Assembly (NCBI RefSeq): GCF_001194135.2
Contig: NC_068988.1
Span: forward strand, 91,580,943 to 91,644,942
Origin: Octopus bimaculoides
Taxonomy: Eukaryota
DNA length: 64,000 nucleotides
Direction of reading: 5' to 3'
Each line of letters starts with the position of its first letter. Position 1 is the stretch's first letter. Both the position numbers and the translations under genes were made by a program. This document shows positions 1 to 10,485 of this stretch, in pieces. The notes beneath the pieces were generated by a model. The model was not told the origin of the DNA, made no database searches, and was given only the letters and a program-made list of their open reading frames with translations.

Positions 1-394
1 GTATGCAGTAATATACATCTGGAAGATCCTGGAAGGAATTGTGCCAAATTTTGGCATTGAAAGCTACACCAATGCTAGAACGGGACGACACTGCATAGTG
101 CCAAAGATCCCAGCAATGCCATCGCGCTTCAGGACCAGTTACTGCAACAGTTTGGGTTTCAGGGGCCCACAGCTTTTTAATATTCTCCCAAAGAGCCTGA
201 GGAACCTGCACAAAGTAGATGTAGGGTTTTTTAAATCAAAGCTAGACCTCTTCCTGTTGAGAGTCCTAGATGAACCTACCTCGCGGCAGGAGGTGCAAAT
301 GAGGGTTGCCAAATCAAACTCCATTCTTCACCAAGTGCCACAAATTGCAAGAGGCGACGAAGTTGGGTGTGTAAACAACAAACAGATGTATTAG
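1..394 (+). mobile_element. 3' end of a non-LTR retrotransposon (CR1/L2-like LINE) ORF2, 5'-truncated by the window edge
   Basis: ORF 41-394 reads ...GFRGPQLFNILPKSLRN...FKSKLDLFL..VLDEP...AKSNSI, resembling the post-RT C-terminal tail of CR1-clade LINEs. The RT core is not in the window. Confidence 0.65.
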
Positions 395-1193
395 TTTAAC
401 GCTCGGAAAGTAAGGTACACATCTATATATATATACACCTATAAATATATGAGTGTTATTTTTAGATCTAACTAAACAGATTTTCTATAAAATTCAGAGC
501 TAGCACTGAAAGTTATGACTATCTGCATACAAAATGCCATAACTTTTATGTAAAGAATGCAATCAAAGACAGAAACAATAATGGGTGTATATGCATATTT
601 CAATAACTCTTGAAATATGCTTTACACACACGTTACCTATTTTCCTTTCTTCGATCACATTGTTTACATAAATGTATTCAGATATGAAACATAACTTTTG
701 GTGTTGGCTCTGAATTCTATTGAAAATGTGTAGAGATACACTTAAAAATGAGAACATTGCACTACTAACACTAAAGTAAGGCACAATGTTGACTTGTAAA
801 CCTTTATTATATTTGATAGTTTACTATGGTTGCAAAACAAAATACTGTGCCCCTGCTAGCTATTAATATTTGTGTGTATATATGTGTTTTGATATATATC
901 TATACATATATATTTGTATATAAATGTATGTGTAACTCGGTTTGGAACAATGGATCTTGAAGCACATAAAGCTATAAACATTTACATGCTGGTATTTACA
1001 GTTTTATGGGCTTTGAGATCCACTGTTCCAAAAGAATTATTTCACATTCTTAAAAATTTATAAATTCTTATGACTTCACTGTATATGTTTATTTATTTAT
1101 TACATCAAAGTTGAGTCTACTCTGAGTTTCACCTTTGTTAGGTTATCCATTTAAGCAAAAATACATTAACAAAAATGTTAATGCATGCATTTA

Positions 1194-1429
1194 TTGGGTT
1201 GGTGCATAATTATTGCGGCTTTTTTCAACAAAAACAATAACAATATTTAACAAAAACATCTTTAAATGACAGTCTGACCGTCTACGAAGCAAATGAGAAG
1301 CAATAATTGAAGGAGATGGTGACTATGCTCCGGAACAATCATTTAAAGATGTTTTGTTACATGTTGTTATTGTTTCTGTTGAATAAAATTTGTTAAAAAA
1401 AAAGCCACAATAAATATGCACCAATCCAA
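1194..1429. mobile_element. Mariner-derived MITE with ~80-bp inverted arms, flanked by TA
   Basis: TA|TTGGGTTGGTGCATAATTATTGCGGC at the left and GCCACAATAAATATGCACCAATCCAA|TA at the right are mutually inverted and resemble Hsmar1/MADE1-type TIRs. The centre resembles the last codons of a mariner transposase (DRLRSKxEAIIEGDGDYAP). Confidence 0.8.
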
Positions 1430-2920
1430 TACAAACGAAGCAGATTTTCAAACTTTTGTATTGCCCAGTATATTTAGCTACAAGTTACTTGAATAGAAAA
1501 TGCTAAGAAAATATCATAATACAGACTTTATTCTGTCGAATCCTGAGTATTTTAGATTGCTAATTTAAGACAGTGTTGTCGAGGTTGTTGAGAAGTCAGT
1601 GTATCTACAGTTGAATGGTAGTTGTGAAAACTAACTCACTAACTTGTTATTGTTCAGTGACTTAGTGATATATTAGTTTGATTGGTTGACTTTCTACTTG
1701 CTGCTGGCAGTTTGACAATTGTTGGTCTGGTTAACTAGAACTTAGCAGCTGACTAGCTCTAGTACTTATTAGAATGGTACTGGCTCTAGAATGCTTTTGC
1801 TTTTTTTAAGTGTGGCTTGAACCTCACAAAGATGATAATGATAATTGATTATGACAAATGGCATGACACTATACTGGAGAAGAAGCATGCATGCATAAAA
1901 AATAGATGTAAGAATGATAAACCTTGGGTTAGCTTCAAGAATTAAGTGATCATCTTTTGTCTTTTCCAGAAATACTTCTCTTCTTTTTATTTAATAAAGC
2001 TGTAGGATATGATTCAAGGAAGATCTAACAGAGTTCCTTTTTTAGCTGAGGTATATATGTGAGTAGACATAGGAAGTAGCTTTCGTAGTCTCAGCTAAGT
2101 CCTGCTAAAGCTGATCTCTGATCAAAAGTGCTCCAGTCATAACCAGCGACTCATTTTTGTTACACAAGTGGGACTACATTATTTAATGAGTCTTCCTTTA
2201 AGATGGCTGGGTGTGATTTTTTTCCCTATTTTATCAGAATTGGTGAACAAAACTATTGTTGGTGTCAAGTTTCTGGTTCACTACATTTTTGATAGTGAGT
2301 GACAAGAGAGTGTAAACCTGGAAGCTTCATTTGAAGAGTTCTGGCTTACTGCCAGTACATAGATCCTTTGTTTGTAAACATAAGTTTGATACATATCAAC
2401 ACATATATTTAAGGCTAATATGTATTACAGGCATGTTTAAAATATACATGTAATCCTACCTAACAGAAAAACCATGCTTAAAGGTTTTGTACAGCCAGCC
2501 TTGTTTCTATATAATATGGCAAACAAACAAGTCCATATGAAAATATATTTATGCTTAAATCTCTTCAGTCTTGGTCTAGAATAATATTGTACTTATAAAC
2601 ATTTCCTGTTATACTTAATTGTTAAGTGACTTGCAGAAAAAAAAAATGTGCCAAAACTAGACATGGTTTTTACATAGAACAGGAATAAATTCTCATATGG
2701 TTTCTATGGATGTCTTATATAACATTCTACATAAAATATACAATTTAATCACACACATTAATTCTGTTTTCACCCTAATTATATATTAAACTATAGATTA
2801 ATTAGTAATACAACTACAAAGAATTTTTCCTTTAGTATATATATAATTTGAAAGTAAAGAAGACAATAAAAACTGAAACAAATGCATTTTGAATAAACAT
2901 TTAATGTGTTGCTTCTCCAG

Positions 2921-2986
2921 GTTGAAGTCAGAAATATCCTGAAAACTGAAATGACTGAACTGCAGAAAAAATTTCTTTTTGACGCT
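2921..2986 (+). CDS. Putative penultimate exon of an unidentified plus-strand gene (VEVRNILKTEMTELQKKFLFDA)
   Basis: Acceptor tgttgcttctccag| and donor |gtaagt. 66 bp, phase 0-0; only one of three frames is open; helical/coiled-coil-like peptide. Confidence 0.6.
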
Positions 2987-4073
2987 GTAAGTAGTAACTC
3001 TTTTTTTTTTTCTTTACAAGAGATACAGATAAATCTTTGTTGCAATGCTTTGGACTGGGGTTGACCAACAGAATATTATTGGTATTTTAAGGAACTTGGA
3101 GAGCAGAAATACAATGTTAATCCTGACAGAGACAAAACTTAAAAGACACAAACAATTTAGTATGAACACACCAACCATTAATCACATTGTATGTCACTCA
3201 ACACATACTTTCTTCCTCTCTTTTTAAATTTGGTTTGGTCTGGAGCCATGGACTCTGCCCATGGCCTTTGCTAGTTCTCCAAGACCTATGAGATCAATAC
3301 TGTTCATGCTCTTGAACAAATGTAGAAAAAACAAGGAATCTCACTGTAGTATTAGTAAAAGTATCAGAGTGAGGTGGCACTTCAAATTCTAGTCAACAGG
3401 TATTTTGTGTTGGGTAAGTGACTTCATGCCAATCAGTCAAGTCTTTTTTGGGAGACATCTTTTAAATAATTACAAAGGTTCCTACATTAACATAGAGCTA
3501 TCAATATGTAATTGAGTTGAACTCAAAGTACTGATAATTAGTTTTATTGTCTCTTGAGAGAATAGAGCCACTCATTCAAAATAGGATAGTTAGCTAAAAT
3601 GCTTTCAGTTTGACATTCAGCTGTCCTAAGAACTAAAATAATAAAATAACACCATCTCCCACCTTGTGCTAACAATACAAACCCAAACAACACTTATTCT
3701 ATTACATCCATTTTCCCATAGGTAGGATAGTTTTTGTTAGAACAGTTGGTTTTACAACAGAGTGAATGTACTTCCTACTATCATCATCAACAAACAGATG
3801 TTAAATGACAAAAATAGCTATTCAAATGTTAAGGATGGAGTGGAATTTTTGTTCAGTCAGGAAAACTGGAACAAGCTCAAGTCACTTGCTAAGATACACA
3901 CTACTATGCTATAAACAATGTGGCTTATAGTATAGTACCACATCCTGGACTTGTTTACTGTATATCTAACTAATACATCCAAGGACTATTGCACACATGG
4001 AGGTGGGTGACAGGGGAATTACCTTCATTATTTCTTCCCTTTGAAAACCTTTAGTTTTTATTTTCCATTGTAG

Positions 4074-4127
4074 ACCCAGCAAGAGATGCAACAGATCCGA
4101 AGCCGTCTTTACAAAATTCTCACCTGA
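4074..4127 (+). CDS. Putative last coding exon of the same plus-strand gene (TQQEMQQIRSRLYKILT*)
   Basis: Acceptor tttttattttccattgtag|; phase 0 matches exon 2921-2986; TGA at 4125-4127; ATTAAA at 4307 and AATAAA at 4442 downstream. Confidence 0.6.
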   Translation, partial: TQQEMQQIRSRLYKILT

Positions 4128-4255
4128 ATCAAAAAGAGCCCCCAGTTTTGGTTTTATGATTAACACAAGTTTAATGAATTTACTACACTGTTCAGTTACA
4201 TCGTTTCATTTCAGATATAAAACTAAACAAACATGTCAAAGTGTATTGTATTGAT

Positions 4256-4265
4256 TTTATTTATT
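4256..4265 (-). promoter_or_regulatory. Candidate polyadenylation signal (overlapping tandem AATAAA) for RB1CC1
   Basis: Plus-strand TTTATTTATT equals two overlapping AATAAA on minus, about 285 nt past the RB1CC1 stop and followed by T/G-rich sequence on minus. Confidence 0.45.
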
Positions 4266-4546
4266 ATTTTCAGCTTAAGAATAACTATATGTAAATCTGT
4301 ACAACAATTAAAATAACCACTGCACAAGTCACTGACCAGCGGATAACAGGCAACACTACATTGCAGCAGGTGTGTGTGTGTGAGAGAGAGAGAGAGAGAA
4401 AGAAAGATAGACAAGAAGAGGCAGTGGTAGAGCAACCACAAAATAAAAGGTACCCCTAGCATGAGGAACCTGCTGCATTGTTTTCATGGAATCTCTTGGA
4501 AAGGATTAGTCTCATCCTCAGCAAGGAAAAGACAAAGCAGTTTCTT

Positions 4547-4741
4547 TCAGGAGGCTGTGCTGCCACTGGTGGTGGTAGTGGTGGTGCTGCTTAATGAAGC
4601 GGGAGGACTGCTGCCCACAGAGCCAAGCACTGACGGAACTTGTCCACTATTTTCTCTGGTCAGCCGTGGGTCCTTTGGCCAGGGTTTAGCTCGTACACGG
4701 TAAAATTTGGTGCCCATTGGTACACGATACCGATTCTGGTA
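4547..4741 (-). CDS. RB1CC1: RB1CC1 exon 24, terminal ([21 protein letters not shown] + 43-aa Ser/Thr-rich tail)
   Basis: 195 bp, phase 0, tattttcag|, TGA at 4547-4549; QNR..VP.GTKFYRV.A motif. Confidence 0.96.
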   Translation of the reverse strand, partial: YQNRYRVPMGTKFYRVRAKPWPKDPRLTRENSGQVPSVLGSVGSSPPASLSSTTTTTTSGSTAS

Positions 4742-7700
4742 CTGAAAATAGAATGCAGGAACAAAAACATGTAAGATTATGTTTTGTAGATAAAACCATG
4801 GAGAAGAGGGAGAAGAATGATTAGGAACTTACTTTTTTAGCAATGCAGTATTCCTTGTCTGTGATAATTCCCAACACCCAGGGTTCACGGGGTGTACTCA
4901 TACCTAACAGAAAGAGAGAGGGAGAAGAGGAGATGAGATATCAGTTTACAAGATTATTTTATAACAAGGTATGAAGAAGATCTGAACTTACGTGATCGCA
5001 ACCCTAGGTTGTCAAGACAGTCTGTGTGTAGGAAATGTAAAGTGTTCCCTACAGTAAATACTACATAATGTCCATGTTCCTCATCCAGACAGAGCAGCAC
5101 CAGGTCTCCAGACTGGAAACTACACAGAGACAGAGAAGATGAATCAGAGGATGAAGTGGACTACATGGAGATGGGGAGAGGGAACTGTTGTGGTAAAGTG
5201 GACCACAGTATTGTGAAGACTGAAATATGAAATGGAGAAGGAGACACTTGTAAAGTAGACAATAACATGGGGGCTAGGAAACTGTCATGATAAAGTGGGC
5301 TAAAACATGAGTGGGGAAGGGATATTGTTGAGAGATAATATGGGCTCCAACAGGGGTGAAATAGGAAAATGAGTAACTGACCTTGTGATGGAAACTTTAT
5401 CTTGGTCAAAAACACTGGCACTCATGGATAACTCCATCTGGAAGAAAGACAAGAACATCATAATTAACAGTGAATTAGACTGACAGTTGCAGATCATTAT
5501 TAAGGCCGATGGATTGTGAGATAGAAGTTGTGACCTTTCTCTCTTTATGGTCTAAATTCAGTCAACTTTGTCATTCATCCTTCCAAGGCCAATAAATTAA
5601 GTCAAAAACTAGGGTCAATAATGTCCCCTGCAAATTAGTGACCTTCCACAAGGATTAAAAATGATTGTTGTTGGTTTGCTGCTGAGTGCTGCAAAGCAAG
5701 GATGAGAATTAGTGTTGCAATGACAGACATTGGTCCTCTCAATAAAGTCTTCCCAAGGCTCCCTGCATGTTAGTGGAACATCATTGACACAGGTCCAGAA
5801 GTTTAAGTAACATGGGGTCATGTTGATGATTAATTAACAAGGGGCTGGATTGTATGTGAGAATTGCAGTAATGCAACAGCTCCAGCATTCAGTTGTGAGA
5901 AGAGAAGAGGTTGGTAAAAAAGCCAAACTTAGTATCTTCAATTTGGTTCCCATGTGATGAATGATGGGCAATAATTGAAAGAATATGATCATGAATACCA
6001 CCAGTTGAAATAGGGTTCCTCTGAAGGATCTCTGGAATAACATTACTAGACAGGGTGCATAGCTCAGAGATCAGGAAGTCTCTCCAGATTGAGCTACTAC
6101 TTGAGCTCTGATACTATGGAGATATAAGAATGTTGCAGCAGGCTTCAAGCCATATGGTAGGAGACCTAGGAGTACACCAAGATTGAGAATCCAGCCAGGA
6201 ACGGTTGGCGGAGAAGATGGACTGAGGAGTTTCTAATATTGAGATCCAGAGTTTGTTTTTTTTTGCATGGGGCAACTAACTATAGCTGACTGTATATTAC
6301 AGGCTGCACACACACACACATGAAAGATAAAGTTACCTTTAGCAGGATTTGAACTCAAAACCCCAAGAACAAGATTAAATAGATAGCAACCTCTGATATC
6401 TATGGAAGTAGGATTCTTTGATCAAAACAAAATGGTTTTCTTCATCAGGAAATTTGAACTCGGTACTTTGAACTAACAAAACATCTGTCGACTTTACAGT
6501 GCTACTACTGCATTCTGTAGTAGCACTGATCGTTCAACTAGTTGCTGGTTATTTATTGTCAGCATGAATGACATTAGGAAGAGCATCCAGCCATAGAAAT
6601 TGTGCTGAAGCAGACATTGGAGCCTGATGCAGTGCTCGGGTTTGCCAGCTCCTTTCAAACCATCCAACCCATGCCAGCATGGAAAACAGATGTTAATAGA
6701 TGATCATTAATATCATTGTCATCATTATTAAACAGTCAATGGATGGAAGTGGTTTTTGTATTTATTTTTCACCCCTTTACATTCCAAGTTCAAATCTGGC
6801 TAAAATCAACTTCACTCGCCATCCTTCTGTCGTTGGAAAATTAAGTTCCAATCAATATGACCAAATACACTCCCTCCCAAACATAATAATATCTTGTAGT
6901 ATTTCTTCTGGCTCTTTCTGAGTTCAAATCCTGCTATGGTCATCTCTCCAAGGTTGATACAATCGGCTAATCTTATCTCCCAAAATTTCAACCCTTGTGC
7001 CTATATGGGGAAACTATTACTATACTACTTACCACTTTTGACTGCAGTTTTTCTATTCTTTCATCTTTACTTCGGATTGTCTGAAATATAGAGTAAAGGT
7101 GAAAAAAAATATGAAGGAGTGATGAGAAAGAAGATTGGCCAAGGAGAGTGAGTGTAGTGTAATTTGGAGTATGTCAAGAAAGAGAGGGGAAAATATGGCT
7201 TACCTTCTTCAAAGCTTTCAGTTTATCAACAGATTCTTCTTCATATCTACAATATGAACAACAGAACAAGTATAGTGGAATGGTGAGTGATGGTGATATT
7301 ATGATGGCAGTGGTGATGATGAAAGTAGTGGTAGTGCTAAGCTACACTGTAGAGGTGTTCAACTAGATATAAACCACATGCACACACATCTATAGTTCTG
7401 AATGGAGTTAAAACTAAAACAACATAAACCACTTCCTGCTCAACCTTTCTGTCTCTATACGGTGGTTGTGTGGTTAGAAGTTTGCTTCCCAACCACATGA
7501 TTTTAAGTTCAGTCTCACTGCAGGGCACCTTGGTCAAGTGTCTTCTGCTGTAGACCCAGTCAATCCAAAGCCTTGTGAGTGGATTTGGTAGACAAAATCT
7601 GAAAGAAACTTATTGTGTATGTATATATAAATATGTATGCGTGTGTGTTTGTTGTTCTGTCTGTCCCCTGCCACTACTTGACAAACAATATCTGTTTGTT

Positions 7701-10425
7701 TATGTCCCTGTAACTTAGCAGTTTACTAAAAGAGACTGGTAGAATAAATGCCAAATTTTAAAAAAATAACTACTAGGGTCTCCTAATCTCAAACATCATG
7801 TGATGGTTGTCAGCATCATGCAATGTTTCCATCCAACCCATGTTAACATGGAAAAGTGGATGTGAAAACAATGGTGTGGTTTGTATGAATACATTTTAGT
7901 CGGTTCATTTTGTTGTTTCTATTCTTTTATATAAAGGATTAAACTCAGAAGGTTTACTTCTTTTAACATCATTGCTACACCCTCAATCCCCAAGTCTGAC
8001 GGGTATTTAATATAGGGACAGAGCTGTTTAGGAGAGCAGTTTTCACATCAGTGATGTTTTTTCACTGCAATACTGTACAAGTCTTATGTTAACACAATAA
8101 AATTATGTTATCCCACTGCATTATGGATTAAGATACAGGTCATCTATTCAGCTACACGGGTCATTGTTTCCTATTTTACAAACCTAAATAACTAACATAC
8201 TGTGTTCACCTGATCAGTATAAAATACTGCCTAAATAAGTATGTACCTATGTTGGCAAAGTTACTTATGCAGCTAGTATTTTTACGGTCAAAATCTCTCT
8301 CCTATTTTACAGGTAACAGAGTTTTTTTTTTTAAACTTCACTACTTTTAGAGTGCAAAGTGACAGAACAAAATGTTCAACAAGAATGACAACTTTTACAC
8401 GTGCATATATACACACACACACACACATACACATAAGATAGCCTTCCTTGCAGTTTCCATCTGCAAATTTTATTCATAACGCATGGTCAGCTTGAGGGCA
8501 ACAATAGAAAATATCTGCTCAGGTACTGTGCAGTGTGGTTGCACCTAAGGTCACAGTTGCACGCTAAACATTTTAACTATCCAGCCATCCTGCACCTAAA
8601 TTCATATACACCTATAGGAAAGTGGGTTATTGTAGCTCAGCGGGCTGCGTGTTCGAATCACGTCGGGGTCACCACTTTATAGGAAAGTGGGTTATTGTAG
8701 CTCAGCGGGCTGCGTGTTTGAATCACGTCGGGGTCACCACTTTATAGGAAAGTGGGTTATACATCATTAGATGTATACCTGACTTTCCTATATAAAATTA
8801 AGAATTAACGGAACGCTGAACTCCAAACTATCAACTTAAACAACATTTATTAAGGTGGTTAATATATACATCTTTAGCTCTTGTTTGTTGTTACAGCTTC
8901 TGTGGGTGTGAGCATGATTGTTGGGACGTTGGTATGTAGATGTGAGTGAGCTGTCTAGCGTAAGTTCGAAAGGTGGAGAGAGACAGCTAAACACGTCCTT
9001 GCTCAATCGCTGGCCAGCAAGAAAGAGACAGAATGAAGCGGGAAAGCTTGGTTGTTGAATTCCATGCATGCGTGAGACTACGCATGCGCACGGCGTTACT
9101 ACACACCTATGTATATATGTGCACAGGCATGGCTGTGTGGGTAAGAAGCTTACTGCCTGTGTTGTCTCAGGTTCCGTCCACTACATAGCATCTTGGGGAA
9201 GTGTCTTCCACTATAACCTTGAGCTGACTAAAGCTTGTGAGTAGATCTGGTAGATAAAAACTGAAAGAAGCCCATTGTGTATATGTGTGTGTTAACTTGC
9301 TTTGATCTGTGACGATTGTAAAGAAACATCACTATCAGACAAGCAACATTGTCTCCAGTCCTCCATGGAAGACATGTCTGGCCAGGAGAAATATTACCTT
9401 GCTTGGAAACAGGCGAGTGTTGGTGACAGATGGGGCATCTGGCTGTAGAAAAGTCTGCTTCAACGAAATTCCACCCAACCCATGCACACACACACACACA
9501 CACAGAGTTTGTGGGGAGTCTTCTTCCTTGGTTGTCACCTGCAGATCACTGATTTGATCATCATTACTCCCTCTTATATTGCCAATAAACATTGATGCTT
9601 TCTGAGAATGTCTGGATTCTTTCATTCCACCCCTTAGTATACCCACAACTCTTTCCTCTGCTTAACAACCAACAGCAGGTGTGACCCTCCTCACCATGCA
9701 GTGACTATTTTATGTCACTAGACGTTTTCTTTCTTTTTGTTTTCCTTGACATACCTTTGCCATATCCATGTGACACCCCCTCTGCTTCCCTCTACAATTT
9801 ACCAATCATTGTTCTGTTATCCTTCTCAAGAGCAATACTGGCCATGCAGGACATTGTGGATCTAACTACAACCCCACTAGCTTCCTCATGCCTCACACAT
9901 CTCCCTTCGTTTTACATATGCCCACTCCAATATACATGTCTCTCCATACAGAAATCATTGACTGAAGCATGATGATGACAATGATGATTTTGATGACATG
10001 ATAGTGAATAGTGTACTGAAAGCCTACATAGCTCTCTTCAAACAGCTGCAACGAAGCCATTTGACTGTACCAGAAAGCTCTATCCTTGATTAGCTCTGGT
10101 AGGTCCTCAATTTCAGGTTCTGTGTGTTGCAAATAACATCAATGTGTTGAATAGTCTTTGTTCTCCTTTAGGCTGCAGAAGTAACATCTGATATGACCCA
10201 GTGTTCAGCATGATAGCAATGACTAGCAAAGCTTACCCTTCGTAAACAGCTGGCAGTTAAATAGTTGCAAGTTCACAATGCTCGCATTCTTCTCTATGGA
10301 GCTGAAACCTGGACTATAAGCATCATCTCTATGGTAGATACACATTCTTATCAGGACTCAAACATCTCATGATATGTGCACAAGACCAAAGAAGAGATTT
10401 ATGGACACATACCCATATCTATCTA

Positions 10426-10485
<60 letters not shown>

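Larger units (their letters stand above)
8613..9103 (-). mobile_element. Solo-LTR-like element (LTR 9103-8743) plus two tandem PBS/tRNA-Trp units; 4-bp TSD CACC
   Basis: Minus strand starts TGTAG and ends CTATA; AATAAA about 110 bp from the LTR end; AAG-TGGTGACCCCGACGTGAT (tRNA-Trp PBS) directly after the LTR; CACC at 8609-8612 and 9104-9107. Confidence 0.75.

Noticed and set aside
2238-2294. Plus-strand exon-like segment (cag|...|gtgagt; LVNKTIVGVKFLVHYIFD)
   Set aside because: Open only in phase 1-1, incompatible with the phase-0 exon at 2921; no recognisable homology.
8631-8674. Possible functional tRNA gene (A-box and B-box present)
   Set aside because: No anticodon arm, the boxes are only ~8 nt apart, the 5' side cannot pair with the acceptor strand, and CCA is encoded.
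8613-8760. Repeat-spacer-repeat-spacer-repeat pattern resembling a mini CRISPR array
   Set aside because: The two spacers are near-identical and tRNA-derived, there are no cas genes, and the context is a eukaryotic intron. It is explained as LTR-end/PBS duplication.
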